The notes under the pieces were generated by a model that saw only the letters and a list, made by a program, of their open reading frames with translations, searched no databases and was not told the origin of the DNA. Made by a program: the position numbers and the translations under genes. Of a stretch of DNA of 64,000 nt, positions 40,977 to 51,799 are shown in pieces (the first letter of the stretch is position 1; each line of letters starts with the position of its first letter). Origin of the DNA: an uncultured Bacteroidales bacterium (lineage in GTDB: Bacteria; Bacteroidota; Bacteroidia; Bacteroidales; JAKIYJ01); contig CAZDEU010000002.1 in assembly GCA_964504265.1 (NCBI GenBank), forward strand, positions 22,473-86,472, in the 5' to 3' direction.

Positions 40977-43550
40977 TTAACATTTCCCATATTCGCAATA
41001 TTTACATCTTACACATCCTTCTGAATAATATAGTCCATCTTCTGCATTACAGTTAGGACATTTAGTATTTGAAGGTGTATCATTTTCTTTTATATAGTTT
41101 TTAAGAACTCTTCCAATTGCTTTACCAAATGAAATGATATCATCTTTTGATTTATCAAGTTGTTCATAAGCAAATTTAACATCAGCACCATGCCTTAATG
41201 CCAGTGCAGTCATTCTTGTTAATGCTTCTTCCCCGCCGGTATCAAATAGTTCATTAATATTTTCAATTAAAGCAACTCCCGGAATTTCTAAATTATAAAC
41301 TCCGCCTTTTCTAATTTTAATTAATTTGCCTTCTGTAAACTTTTCTGCTATTGTTACATTTTCTTTTTTAAATGCAAATACTTCATAAGGCATGCCATTT
41401 AATTTACCAACTAATACCATCCATCTTACACCCTTTGATGTAACATATTTAATATCACATGGAATTTCTTTTGGTCTTTTTGGTGCTGAATTTGTAATTA
41501 TGTGGCCATTACGAGGAACTTGTCCGCGGACTAGTCCGCCGTCTTCTTTATTAATTAATACACCACTTCTTGAACCTTCACGATATACAGTACAACCCTT
41601 GCAACCTTCTTTCCAAGCTTTAATATATAAATCATTTACTTGTTCAACTGTTGTATTAATAGGTAAGTTAGCTGTAACACTAATTGAATGATCAATATAT
41701 TGTTGTATTTGCCCTTGCATATGTACTTTTTCAAGTGCATCGATGTCATTTGCCGTTGCACCATAATAAGGAGATTTCTTAATGATATCATCCAATGTTT
41801 TTTTATCAAGAGCTTCTAGAAAACGTTTACATGAAAGAATATCACTAAATTCATTAGCATTATTAATTAAATACCAATCAACTAATTTATGATGCAAAAC
41901 ATTAAATTCTTGCCATTTTTCGCCGGTTTCATCTACAAAATCAACACGTGCATTTTTATCACTTGGATTTATTTTCTTTCTGCGTGTATATGCAAGTTTA
42001 AATACTGGTTCAATTCCTCCAGAAGTTTGAGTCATTTGGGATGTTGTACCAGTTGGGGCAACTGTAGCAAGAGATATATTTCGTCTACCACATTGTTTAT
42101 GAATTTCAAGTAAATCATTATCTAATATTCTATTTATAAATGGATTATTTTTTTCTTTATCATAATTCCATATAGGAAATGCACCACGTTCTTTTGCCAT
42201 TATAATAGATGATTCATATAAATTTACAATATATTCTTTTTGCAAATTAGTAGCAAATTCAGTTGCTTCACCTGTACCATATTTTAATCCTAATGCCGCA
42301 ATACAATCACCTAATCCTGTAAATCCTGTGCCAGTTCTTCTTCCATTAATTGCTGATTGTTTTATTTTTTTCCATAAATTAATTTCAATTTGTTTAATTT
42401 CATCTTCTTCAGGATCTTGGTTTATTTTTTCAAGTATTGTATCAATTTTTTCTAATTCCAAATCAATAATATCATCAGCAAGACGTTGTGCTATAATTGA
42501 ATGTTTTTTAAATAATTTAAAATCAAAAAAAGCTTCATTTGTAAATGCATTATTAACATATGAATAAAAATTAATTGCTAGCAAACGGCAGGAATCATTT
42601 GGACAAAGTGGAATTTCCCCGCACGGGTTGCAAGTTACAGTGTTAAATCCTTCTTCTTTATAACAATCAGTGGGGGATTCCCTTATAATTGTGTCCCAAA
42701 ATAATATTCCAGGTTCAGCAGATTTCCATGCATTATACATTAATTTTTTCCAAAGTTCTTTTGCTTTAATTTTTTTAATATACCCACCATCAACTACATA
42801 TAATTTATTATAATCATAATTAGATGATATAATTGTATCAACATTTAAATCAATTGGATATCTTAATAAATAATCATCATCAGCAACAACACTATACATA
42901 AAATCATCAGTCATTTTGACCGATATATTTGCTCCAGTAACCTTTCCTTTTTCTAATTTAGCATCTATAAAATCCGCAACATCTGGGTGTTTACATGATA
43001 TTGAAATTAATAATGCACCTCTTCTTCCATCCTGCGCTACTTCTCTTGTTGTATTCGAATATCGTTCCATAAAAGGAACAACTCCAGTTGATGTTAATGC
43101 TGAATTTTTAACTGGCGATCCTTTGGGTCTTATATGAGATAAATCTGTACCTACCCCACCGCGTCTTTTCATAAGTTGAGCTTGTTCTTGGTCTATTTGC
43201 ATGATGCCACCATATGAATCTGCGCCATTGCCTATTACAAAACAATTACTTAAACTAACTACTTGTTCATTATTACCAATCCCAGCCATTGGGCTACCCT
43301 GAGGAACAATATATCTAAATTTGTCAATCAAATCAAATATTTCTTGTTCACTTATTGGGTTTGGATATTTTTGTTCAATACGTGCTAATTCTTTAGCTAT
43401 TCTTTTGTGCATGTCTGTTGGTGATTGTTCTAATAATTCACCTTTATCGTTTTTCAAACAATATTTTCCAATCCAAATATTTGCTGCTAGTTCATCACCA
43501 TTAAAATATTCAAGTGATGCTTTAAATGCTTGTTCGTAAGTGTATATCAT
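40977..43550 (-). CDS. nrdJ: class II (adenosylcobalamin-dependent) ribonucleotide reductase
   Basis: 857 aa, with the active-site loop TCNPCGEIPL and a C-terminal Cys cluster CPNCN...CVRCKYCEYGKC. Confidence 0.85.
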   Translation of the reverse strand: MIYTYEQAFKASLEYFNGDELAANIWIGKYCLKNDKGELLEQSPTDMHKRIAKELARIEQKYPNPISEQEIFDLIDKFRYIVPQGSPMAGIGNNEQVVSLSNCFVIGNGADSYGGIMQIDQEQAQLMKRRGGVGTDLSHIRPKGSPVKNSALTSTGVVPFMERYSNTTREVAQDGRRGALLISISCKHPDVADFIDAKLEKGKVTGANISVKMTDDFMYSVVADDDYLLRYPIDLNVDTIISSNYDYNKLYVVDGGYIKKIKAKELWKKLMYNAWKSAEPGILFWDTIIRESPTDCYKEEGFNTVTCNPCGEIPLCPNDSCRLLAINFYSYVNNAFTNEAFFDFKLFKKHSIIAQRLADDIIDLELEKIDTILEKINQDPEEDEIKQIEINLWKKIKQSAINGRRTGTGFTGLGDCIAALGLKYGTGEATEFATNLQKEYIVNLYESSIIMAKERGAFPIWNYDKEKNNPFINRILDNDLLEIHKQCGRRNISLATVAPTGTTSQMTQTSGGIEPVFKLAYTRRKKINPSDKNARVDFVDETGEKWQEFNVLHHKLVDWYLINNANEFSDILSCKRFLEALDKKTLDDIIKKSPYYGATANDIDALEKVHMQGQIQQYIDHSISVTANLPINTTVEQVNDLYIKAWKEGCKGCTVYREGSRSGVLINKEDGGLVRGQVPRNGHIITNSAPKRPKEIPCDIKYVTSKGVRWMVLVGKLNGMPYEVFAFKKENVTIAEKFTEGKLIKIRKGGVYNLEIPGVALIENINELFDTGGEEALTRMTALALRHGADVKFAYEQLDKSKDDIISFGKAIGRVLKNYIKENDTPSNTKCPNCNAEDGLYYSEGCVRCKYCEYGKC

Positions 43551-44926
43551 TATGTTGTTTTAAAAAGTTCTTGATATTTATTTGCTAAATGTTTTTTGAC
43601 AAATGCACTACCATTGTCCATATCTTTTTGTGCTGACTTTCCGTCGATACTAGATGCTTCATATATTGTAATTAATCCAGTGCTCATGTTTGTCTTGCAT
43701 GGGTATGTCAATCCATCAGGACCAAATCTATTTTTGATTATAAATACTCTTGCAGTTCCAGCAGCTTTATCTTCAGTTTTTCTTGCTAATGAAAATACAA
43801 AATCACCAATCATAATCTTTTCATATGATGCTGCAATTTTATTTCCTTCAATTATATTTGAATTTTCTGATTCTCTCCCTGCTTGGCTAGCAGTCCAGAT
43901 AGGAATTTTATAAATTCCAGCTAATCCACGTAAATCTGTAAATATATTTCCGATAAGTTCATCAGAACGCAAGTTTTTATGTGTAATGTTTGGTTTTAAT
44001 AAATCAGCATAATCTAATATTATTATATCAGGTTTTTTGCCAACTTGTATCATTTTTTCAATATGTGCTTCAATAGTTAATATTGATGCATTTCTTGAAG
44101 GATATGATTTTATTATTAATTCACCGGGTAATTCTGATATTTTTTGTTTAAATTCTTCAACATGAAATTTTAAATCTTGAAATGGCATGCCATGCAATAT
44201 AGCATCATACCTCATAGCTGTATATTCATCTGAAAGTTCTAAGGTATAATGTAAGACTGTATAACCTTTCTTTATGGATGCTGCACCAATATTAGCTAAA
44301 ATCCATGATTTTCCTCCACCCGCTGATGACGCTACTATTCCAAGTTCACCAGCCCCAAGGCCACCATTACACAAATCATTAATAACTTCCCAATCAGTTG
44401 GAATTGGATTTCTATTTTTATCTTCATATCTAGAAGTTACGCTAGTCTTATAATCCAACCCAACATCTTTATTCATTCCAGCTTTTAAAGCATCATCTAT
44501 TAAAAGTTTAATTCCACCAAAATCACCCTTCTCAAGCAATTCTACTGAATCATATATAGCTTTCTTAAGATTTTGATTTATACAAAATTTTAAAGTTTCA
44601 TCTTTAATAAATTGTAAATCACTTGCTGTAACATATTGAAATGCATTCTTTAATATATCTTTTGCATTGTTTATTAATATTGTATCATCAATTTCTTTAA
44701 ACTTTGCCGCAAATACTTCAACTGATGGTAATGATTTATATTGTTTAAAATAATTAATTGTAATATCAACTATTTTTTTTATAGCATCATTTTCAAAAAA
44801 ATCAGGTTTTAAAATATCATGGATTTGTTCAAAGTATGCCTGATCTGTTAATATTGAAGTGATTAGTTTAATTTGATACGTATACCCAAATTCAGATATT
44901 TTTTGAACTTCACTCATTTCTAGCAA
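43550..44926 (-). CDS. DnaB/gp41-like replicative DNA helicase
   Basis: Walker A SSAGGGKSW, Walker B IIILDYADL, and a RecA-like C-terminal domain. Confidence 0.85.
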   Translation of the reverse strand: MLEMSEVQKISEFGYTYQIKLITSILTDQAYFEQIHDILKPDFFENDAIKKIVDITINYFKQYKSLPSVEVFAAKFKEIDDTILINNAKDILKNAFQYVTASDLQFIKDETLKFCINQNLKKAIYDSVELLEKGDFGGIKLLIDDALKAGMNKDVGLDYKTSVTSRYEDKNRNPIPTDWEVINDLCNGGLGAGELGIVASSAGGGKSWILANIGAASIKKGYTVLHYTLELSDEYTAMRYDAILHGMPFQDLKFHVEEFKQKISELPGELIIKSYPSRNASILTIEAHIEKMIQVGKKPDIIILDYADLLKPNITHKNLRSDELIGNIFTDLRGLAGIYKIPIWTASQAGRESENSNIIEGNKIAASYEKIMIGDFVFSLARKTEDKAAGTARVFIIKNRFGPDGLTYPCKTNMSTGLITIYEASSIDGKSAQKDMDNGSAFVKKHLANKYQELFKTT

Positions 44927-45968
44927 ATAAACTTAATTTATTAAATGTTTGATTAATCCAAATATCAGGATTTTTAAATACAACACCATCCTCAATCATT
45001 AATTTCATTATATCTAATTTATGCAATTGATTTATTGGTTGCAGAATATAATTATCAATTATAATACGCTTTTCTCTTGGTATATATTCGTCTGATAATT
45101 TAACTAAACTATAATTTTTATATAAAACAGCTTCGTTAGCTAATATTTTTTTATAAAAGTTATTTTCTTCATTTTTACTTTTGATAAGTATATCACTAAT
45201 TTGAATTCGTTTTGATTTATCATTAAATTCTTTAAAGTTTTTTAATAATGTCTTCAAGCCAACTCCATGCACTCCGGGGATATTATCACTTTTATCACCC
45301 ATGAAACATTTTACTACACCATGATTTTGAGGCGCATAATTAAATTCTTCAAAAAATGATTGTTCATTATATATTTTTTTCTTTGTCGGACTCCATACAC
45401 TTATTTTATCATTTATAAGTTGATAAAAATCTTGGTCTGAAGACATTATAATTACTTCACTATTTTTAAATGTATTTGTTGCTAAATAACCAATAGCATC
45501 ATCAGCTTCTATGTCATTAGCAATATAATATTGAACTGGTAATTTTTGTAAATATAAAGCAATTCTTTTCATTTGAAATTGCATTGCTGCACGTTCGTTT
45601 ATACGATCAACAAATATTGGATGCTTAGTTATTCTTGCAGCTTGACTGCGATTACCTTTATATTCTGGATAGATTTCTTTTCTTCTTTTACTGCCACCCT
45701 CGCCATCAAACAATATGATACAGCGAGTTGGATTGAATGTTTTTATTGCATAACCAATACTATATAAAAATCCTACAATACCGCCAATTGGTACTCCGTT
45801 ATCATTTACATAAGTATTTACACAAAAAGCACGAATAAATGTATTCATACCATCAATTAATAATATTCTAGAATTTTTGTGTAATTCTTCTCTTGGTTCT
45901 TCTTTTATTTGTGCTAATAAAGCAGCATAATGTGGGTTCATATATAACTTTTTAAAAAAGAAAGCCAC
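44910..45968 (-). CDS. 5'-3' exonuclease / flap endonuclease (T4 RNase H-like)
   Basis: LLIDGMNTFIRAF, EADD, and GDKSDNIPGVHGVGLKT (H3TH). Confidence 0.85.
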   Translation of the reverse strand: MAFFFKKLYMNPHYAALLAQIKEEPREELHKNSRILLIDGMNTFIRAFCVNTYVNDNGVPIGGIVGFLYSIGYAIKTFNPTRCIILFDGEGGSKRRKEIYPEYKGNRSQAARITKHPIFVDRINERAAMQFQMKRIALYLQKLPVQYYIANDIEADDAIGYLATNTFKNSEVIIMSSDQDFYQLINDKISVWSPTKKKIYNEQSFFEEFNYAPQNHGVVKCFMGDKSDNIPGVHGVGLKTLLKNFKEFNDKSKRIQISDILIKSKNEENNFYKKILANEAVLYKNYSLVKLSDEYIPREKRIIIDNYILQPINQLHKLDIMKLMIEDGVVFKNPDIWINQTFNKLSLFARNE

Positions 45969-45979
45969 TTTAAAGTGGC
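45964..45979 (-). terminator. intrinsic terminator (minus strand)
   Basis: GCCACTTTAAAGTGGC palindrome followed on the minus strand by TTTCTTTTTT. Lies downstream of stop 45995. Confidence 0.65.
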
Positions 45980-45994
45980 ATTCAATGTTGTGTA

Positions 45995-47167
45995 TTATTG
46001 GTCTTCTGAAACGTCTGTTTCGATATCATCTTTACTTAATTCAGATGACTTATATTTCATTATGAATAAGTCGCATAATTCTCTATAGAGAGTATCATGA
46101 ATTTCTGGTTTTGATTTTTTCAAATCTTCATAATCTGATTCTTTAAACTCATATATTTCTTCACCAGTTTCAGGATTAGCATATACATATTTTGATCCAA
46201 CTTTTGTTAAAATTTTATAAGTTTTCAATAATTCAAGCATACTACCTGTATCATCTATTCCTCTATCAAAATAAATATCAAATTCAACTGCTTTATGGGG
46301 CGGACCCACGCGGTTTTTAATTACTTTAACTAATGTTTTAACACCAATTATTTGATCAACCCCATGAACTTTAGCTTTTAACTTTCCAACTGATGTAATT
46401 CGCAACCTAACTGATGCGTGAAATGGGAGTGCTTTACCTGCGCTAGTAGAGTATTTTTCACCAAACATTGCATTCATATTAACACGCAATTGATTTGTGA
46501 ATACTACCAATACATTTTCTCTTGCAATAAGATTAGTAATTTTGCGCAATCCCTTACCCATTACAATTGCTTTCTGAGTTGCATAACCATCTTTATCAAA
46601 ATTAGCATCCATTTCAGCTTTAGTTGATGCACCCATTACTGAATCTACAACTATTGTTAAAAATGTTTTTTTATTTGTTTCTCTAAATTTGATAATTGAT
46701 TTTTCAACAGCATCTAAGCAATCTTCAATTGTCTCAAGCTGCATGTAAAGTAATTTCTTTTTATCAACACCAATTGCTTCGATAAATTCTGAAGATAATG
46801 CGCTTTCAGTATCAATATATACAGCAAACCCGCCACGTTTTTGAGTTTCAGCACATATATGTGCTGCCAGCAGAGTCTTGCCACTCCCCTCAAGTCCTGA
46901 AAACTCCAGTATTTTACCGCATGGAACGCCGCAATTTGGTCTGTTTGATACAGCCAAGTCAAGTAACGTAGACCCCGTGCTTATCCAATCCTTTACATCA
47001 GTTGCAATATCGTCATCTTGGCCAAATATTGATGCAACTTTATAATTTAAACCTTTAAAGTCAGCATTTAACGATGCTTGGAGTACAGAAGCTAAATCCT
47101 CTATTTCAACTGATTTAGAGGATTTATTTGTGTCTACAGCTTTAGGAACTTTTTCCTTTTTTGCCAT
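45995..47167 (-). CDS. RecA-family recombinase (UvsX functional analogue)
   Basis: Walker A GLEGSGKT, Walker B VVDSV, and FTNQ. Confidence 0.8.
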   Translation of the reverse strand: MAKKEKVPKAVDTNKSSKSVEIEDLASVLQASLNADFKGLNYKVASIFGQDDDIATDVKDWISTGSTLLDLAVSNRPNCGVPCGKILEFSGLEGSGKTLLAAHICAETQKRGGFAVYIDTESALSSEFIEAIGVDKKKLLYMQLETIEDCLDAVEKSIIKFRETNKKTFLTIVVDSVMGASTKAEMDANFDKDGYATQKAIVMGKGLRKITNLIARENVLVVFTNQLRVNMNAMFGEKYSTSAGKALPFHASVRLRITSVGKLKAKVHGVDQIIGVKTLVKVIKNRVGPPHKAVEFDIYFDRGIDDTGSMLELLKTYKILTKVGSKYVYANPETGEEIYEFKESDYEDLKKSKPEIHDTLYRELCDLFIMKYKSSELSKDDIETDVSEDQ

Positions 47168-47169
47168 AA

Positions 47170-47961
47170 TTATTTCTTACTTTTTATTGCTGGTTTTGCT
47201 GGAAATAAATCATCCAACTCTTTATCAATATCAGTCATTTTTGCTGCTGGTGGAGTATCATGTACTTCTTCAGTAGTTGCTGCAGCTTCATCTGTTTCAG
47301 TTTCTTCTGAAGAATTCATATATTTATCAAGAGCTTCTGCTATTTCAGCATAAGTAGACTTTTTATAAATATCAAAAATATTAGGTTGCTCACTTAATAA
47401 TTTTGTAACTAAATCAGTGTCAGTTGAAATTGGTGATTGGCTTGGTTTCATTCTTATGGTCATTTTACCATAATCATTCTTAGCTTCAGCAGGAGTTTGA
47501 TATTCAACCGTTATGTCTCTACCGTGCATTGGATCAGTAATATCACCATAATCAGGGTCAGACATTGTTTTTAGCAATTCAGTGTAAATTTCTTTACCAA
47601 ATGCCCAAAATTTAATACCTTCTTTTTCTTTACCGCGAATAATCACTGGTACATAGGTTCTTAATTTTGGTTCCATTTTTTTACCAAGCTTCCAGTCTTC
47701 TTTATTGCCAGTTTGTTTTAACTTGTCACTAAATTCAACTATTGGGTCTGATTCATTAAATGTTGATAACGAAAGGATCGGACGTTTTGATATGTTGTAA
47801 TGAAAATACAACTCTGTGAAAGGATTATCAATTTGAAATTGATTTGGAACGATTCTTAAAATCGTAGTGCCTGGTTCAGGCTTCCATTGAAGGTTTGAAC
47901 GATTTGAAGCGGTCTGCATTGCAGCCAACTTTTTCTTGATAGCATCTAAGTTAATAGCCAT
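47170..47961 (-). CDS. ssDNA-binding protein (T4 gp32-like)
   Basis: N-terminal WKPEPGTTILRIVP pattern, an acidic C-terminal tail (ETETDEAAATTEE), and a position next to the recombinase. Confidence 0.65.
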   Translation of the reverse strand: MAINLDAIKKKLAAMQTASNRSNLQWKPEPGTTILRIVPNQFQIDNPFTELYFHYNISKRPILSLSTFNESDPIVEFSDKLKQTGNKEDWKLGKKMEPKLRTYVPVIIRGKEKEGIKFWAFGKEIYTELLKTMSDPDYGDITDPMHGRDITVEYQTPAEAKNDYGKMTIRMKPSQSPISTDTDLVTKLLSEQPNIFDIYKKSTYAEIAEALDKYMNSSEETETDEAAATTEEVHDTPPAAKMTDIDKELDDLFPAKPAIKSKK

Positions 47962-48020
47962 GTTGTTTAATTTTTAATTGTTAATAATTAATTTTTATTA
48001 CAGTCGACGTAATTTTAATA

Positions 48021-48040
48021 TTACATAAGTATGTCAAAAA
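48021..48040 (-). promoter_or_regulatory. conserved upstream motif (minus strand TTTTTGACATACTTATGTAA)
   Basis: 60 nt upstream of ATG 47961. Confidence 0.45.
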
Positions 48041-48042
48041 TT

Positions 48043-48429
48043 CTAATTCAACTCAACTACTTCCCTTAATTTTATATGCAAAATCCTTGTAGAATTGTCA
48101 GGGTTACTGAGTATGAATTTATTTTGGTAATTTTCCCAATTAATTTTATAATTTTTATCCAATACACCGTTATTCGATTCACATATTAAACAATTCAATG
48201 CATTGATAGTATACAATATATTTAAATTATTTTTTCTATGAATTGATAAAGTATTTTGTAATGGTTGTATTGTTTGTGTTACGCTATATACATAAATGTA
48301 TTCAGTAACTAATGGTAATACATCATAACTGTAAACTTTTTTATCTTTTAAAATATAACGTTCCTTTATTTTATTTAATGTTGAAAGTAACGACCATTTA
48401 TCTGTAAATGTGCATAATAGCTGTTGCAT
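48043..48429 (-). CDS. hypothetical protein (128 aa)
   Basis: ORF coupled to the upstream gene. Confidence 0.55.
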   Translation of the reverse strand: MQQLLCTFTDKWSLLSTLNKIKERYILKDKKVYSYDVLPLVTEYIYVYSVTQTIQPLQNTLSIHRKNNLNILYTINALNCLICESNNGVLDKNYKINWENYQNKFILSNPDNSTRILHIKLREVVELN

Positions 48430-50480
48430 TATAATTCTTGATTTTTTATGCGTTGTTCAAATTTCTTTGTATCTTTTGCATTTATTGATTCTGCACCATA
48501 TACTTCGACATGCGCTTTATATAAGTTTGTTGCAAAGTTTGAATTTAATTTCATTTCAAATTTAAAAATTCCGCCATATCCCATGCCATCTTCACGAATT
48601 TTTATATTTGCAATCTTAATATTTTTCTTTATACCTTCAACATCAGCAATATAATTAATTGTTGGATTTTCATCATCACCCCCAATTTCTAGTTTATCTG
48701 CTATTTTTTCATAATCAGTTGTACCAAACATTTTTTCCAATGTAAACATATCAAGTGATAATGAACCAATACACATTGATTCTTCAGCACTTGCAATTGA
48801 TTTAATTGGTAAATTTTCACGAATACTATTAATTACACCGAATTTAATTTCTTTGTTACTTGCAATTGCTAAAGTAGCATTTTTAGCAAATCCTCTAGAT
48901 TCTTGTAAATGTTGATTGACAAATTTGTCTGATTTAACATCACCTAATTTTGCTGATAATTGTATTGATAATAATATGTATTTATTTATATGTCTTTGGT
49001 CTTTGCTTGGTACTTCTTCTCCTTTTTTATTTTTCGTACCTAAAAATTTTGAACTTCTAATTATATCAATTAGTGTTTCATTAGCTTTTTTATTATTAAT
49101 AGCATCTTGTAACTTTGCAAAGAATTCTGTTAACTCTTTTTTATATGTATCTATTTTTGCATTACCTTTAGCAATATCATCAATTGCTTCTTTAAATTCA
49201 TCTGAATCTAAATCTGATAATTGAATATTATTTATAACGTTATCTTCGTTAGCTTTCAAAAAATCTTCAAATTGTAATTTTCTTTTTTCTTTAAATATAT
49301 TAACATCAACATTAGATGGCAACTCATCTGTATATTTAGTGAATTCACCAACTGATCCATTCCATAAATTAACAACATCATCTTTCTTTAATGATGGTTC
49401 ATCTAATATATATTTACCATCAACTAATATTTTTACATAAATATCTGAAGAAAATCCTTTGTTTTGTTTATAGTCTAGCAACCCTAATTGTGATACATCA
49501 TTTTCATTATCCCAACTTAATGCATCTATAGTTGCTTTTTCTCCATATTGTTTTTTAATTCTTACACGAAATGCATTTGCACAATTATTTGCTGCAGTTA
49601 CCCAATCATGTGTGAGAACTGATTTATTACCGGTTTGTTTTATATGTGCAACTAATTCTTTAGTTAATTTATTTGCTTCATCTGCTTGTAAACTGCATAA
49701 CACCAAAGTCATTAATTCACCTGCTTGTGATTGTATATCACCAGCTCCTGCAGTGTTAATTATGTTTTTAATTTGGTGCATATTTTTATTTTTACCATTA
49801 TAATTCAGCATTCTTTCTAATGCTTTTATGTACTTTTGTGGTACTAATTGTAAATTATAATTTTGAAATGAATATGCTGGTTCTATTTTTTCTATATTTA
49901 ATTTAGCAAATTCTTCCTCTGTTGGGGAAATTTGTTCTGTATATAAAGCAGATTCCTTTGTATTTACAGGTACTAATGTTTTATCTTTTTGATTATACAA
50001 TACATTAGTTTCTTTATTTTGTGTATCAATTTTCTCATCAGCAAGTTTATCTTGCAAATGTTCTATTTCTCCATCACTCATAAAATTTTTATCGTATTGT
50101 TTATCACCAACAGTTAAAATATTTTTATTTTTTTTGTTTTTAATAAACTCTGCTTCTTTCTTTTTTTCCATATGTAACTTTTCTAATTCAAATTTAGCAA
50201 TATTATAAATTTCACTATCATTTCCATTTGGGTCAAATTGCAAAGCTGTTGCTATCTTTATATCATTTCCGGTTTTCGGGTTTTTAATTGTATGTTGCAA
50301 CAATTCATCACTTTCAGCTTCACGTAAATTTGTAATACATTCATCAATCAATTTATTATCATCAGTAATTTCTAATAATATTTCTTTAACTGTTTGAAGT
50401 GTTTTTTCTTGCTTAAAGTCTATAACTGATGGATTTTTTAATCTCCATTGTAATTCTTGTAATATGTAATCTAAAATCAT
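48429..50480 (-). CDS. large hypothetical protein (683 aa) in replication module
   Basis: Long ORF translationally coupled to PolA. No motif recognised. Confidence 0.6.
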   Translation of the reverse strand: MILDYILQELQWRLKNPSVIDFKQEKTLQTVKEILLEITDDNKLIDECITNLREAESDELLQHTIKNPKTGNDIKIATALQFDPNGNDSEIYNIAKFELEKLHMEKKKEAEFIKNKKNKNILTVGDKQYDKNFMSDGEIEHLQDKLADEKIDTQNKETNVLYNQKDKTLVPVNTKESALYTEQISPTEEEFAKLNIEKIEPAYSFQNYNLQLVPQKYIKALERMLNYNGKNKNMHQIKNIINTAGAGDIQSQAGELMTLVLCSLQADEANKLTKELVAHIKQTGNKSVLTHDWVTAANNCANAFRVRIKKQYGEKATIDALSWDNENDVSQLGLLDYKQNKGFSSDIYVKILVDGKYILDEPSLKKDDVVNLWNGSVGEFTKYTDELPSNVDVNIFKEKRKLQFEDFLKANEDNVINNIQLSDLDSDEFKEAIDDIAKGNAKIDTYKKELTEFFAKLQDAINNKKANETLIDIIRSSKFLGTKNKKGEEVPSKDQRHINKYILLSIQLSAKLGDVKSDKFVNQHLQESRGFAKNATLAIASNKEIKFGVINSIRENLPIKSIASAEESMCIGSLSLDMFTLEKMFGTTDYEKIADKLEIGGDDENPTINYIADVEGIKKNIKIANIKIREDGMGYGGIFKFEMKLNSNFATNLYKAHVEVYGAESINAKDTKKFEQRIKNQEL

Positions 50481-51799
50481 TTTATTTTGTATTTTTGCAT
50501 ATTGTGATAGTTCAAACCATATTTTATTGAAACAGGATATTTATCACCATTTAAAATATCAATTAAAGTTGGCAGTGTATCTTTTAGTTCTGTTAATTTG
50601 ATATCAAAAAGAAAACTATCATATTGATACAATATAAGTCTACTTAAATAGATATCTAAATATTTAGAAATATCTAAAATCAATTGCATATTTCTCTCTG
50701 TCTCATGAGCTTGCAATAAATAGTTAAACAATTTGTATTGATTTTCAAATTTACCTAATATCTTCTTACCTGCTATTTTTGTATATACATCTTTATTAAT
50801 ATATTTTTCATTCCAAAGATTTCGCACAAAATCATCTGTTTGTTGAAAAAATGGAATAACTTTAAATTCTTTTTGTATTCCACCATACAGCAATTGCCAC
50901 GTTATTAATTTTGCTTCTTTTATTTCTTCAGGTGTTACAACATCTTTCTGAAAATATTGTTTAGCTAAATATGCATGAGCATTTTCATTTGGTAAATTAT
51001 ACCCAATTAAATCAGCAATTAATCTGATATGATATGATTCAAAATCACATTCAACTAATAATCCATCAGTACCAAATCTGCTGCAAATAACACTTCGTTC
51101 TCCATTTTCTTTATTAAGTGCAGCAAAATTAATATTTGCATAACAGTTAGATGGCCTACCAGTTGCTGTATTTAGATTATAATTACTATAAATTAAATTA
51201 TTTGTAAAATATTTTTGTTTATATGGAAAATATTTGTTTAAATTAGTATAAGCAATTCCATTTTTTTCAATATTATATAATGCTTCATTTGCTATATCAT
51301 TATAAAAATTAAATCCTTCAATTTGCGCAAAATCATAAGTTAAAAATAAATCTTTAAGATTGCGACCCCACACATTTAAAATTTGAATTGAAATTGCATT
51401 TCTTATATTTGCAGCATTATAATGTTTTTCTTCTAAAACTCGCTGGGTGTTATGCTTATATGTATTTACATCAATTATTTGTGAATTTATAAAATGTAAA
51501 TATAGGTTGATATCAATTATATTGTCATGTGCACCTAGGATATGCATCAATGACTTCTTATCAAAAGTAAATATCTTAACTTCATTCCAATTTACATTCG
51601 AAATATCAATTAATTTTGACGGATGATCATAAATAAATAAATATTCTTCATGTGTTTTTAATACATAACAATACATTGCACATAATTTATTACATGCAAC
51701 ATGTTTGTTTGTATCTAGCAATATTGGATGCAAGAATACATAATTATTTTTAATTTCAGATAATGCAGTATTTAACTGATTCTCATGTAGGATAAGCAT
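50477..51799 (-). CDS. family A DNA polymerase (compact, 440 aa)
   Basis: Motif A CDFESYHIRLIA, motif B EAKLITWQLLYGG, and motif C LYQYDSFLFD. No clear DxE exonuclease motif was seen in the N-terminus. Confidence 0.75.
   Translation of the reverse strand: MLILHENQLNTALSEIKNNYVFLHPILLDTNKHVACNKLCAMYCYVLKTHEEYLFIYDHPSKLIDISNVNWNEVKIFTFDKKSLMHILGAHDNIIDINLYLHFINSQIIDVNTYKHNTQRVLEEKHYNAANIRNAISIQILNVWGRNLKDLFLTYDFAQIEGFNFYNDIANEALYNIEKNGIAYTNLNKYFPYKQKYFTNNLIYSNYNLNTATGRPSNCYANINFAALNKENGERSVICSRFGTDGLLVECDFESYHIRLIADLIGYNLPNENAHAYLAKQYFQKDVVTPEEIKEAKLITWQLLYGGIQKEFKVIPFFQQTDDFVRNLWNEKYINKDVYTKIAGKKILGKFENQYKLFNYLLQAHETERNMQLILDISKYLDIYLSRLILYQYDSFLFDIKLTELKDTLPTLIDILNGDKYPVSIKYGLNYHNMQKYKIK

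Noticed and set aside
40811-41056. A tracked + strand 81-aa ORF in the RNR/methylase gap.
   Set aside because: Its translation is Ile/Phe/Tyr-rich and low-complexity, and it runs antisense to the RNR 3' end. A short minus-strand ORF (40820-40966) is a slightly better, though still weak, candidate.
41392-43539. Five + strand ORFs (72-99 aa) nested in the RNR gene, and similar nested ORFs in the GroEL, TMP, helicase, RecA-like and sheath genes.
   Set aside because: All are antisense or out-of-frame within long ORFs that have strong family motifs. Their Ser/Pro/Leu-rich or low-complexity translations are typical of spurious frames.
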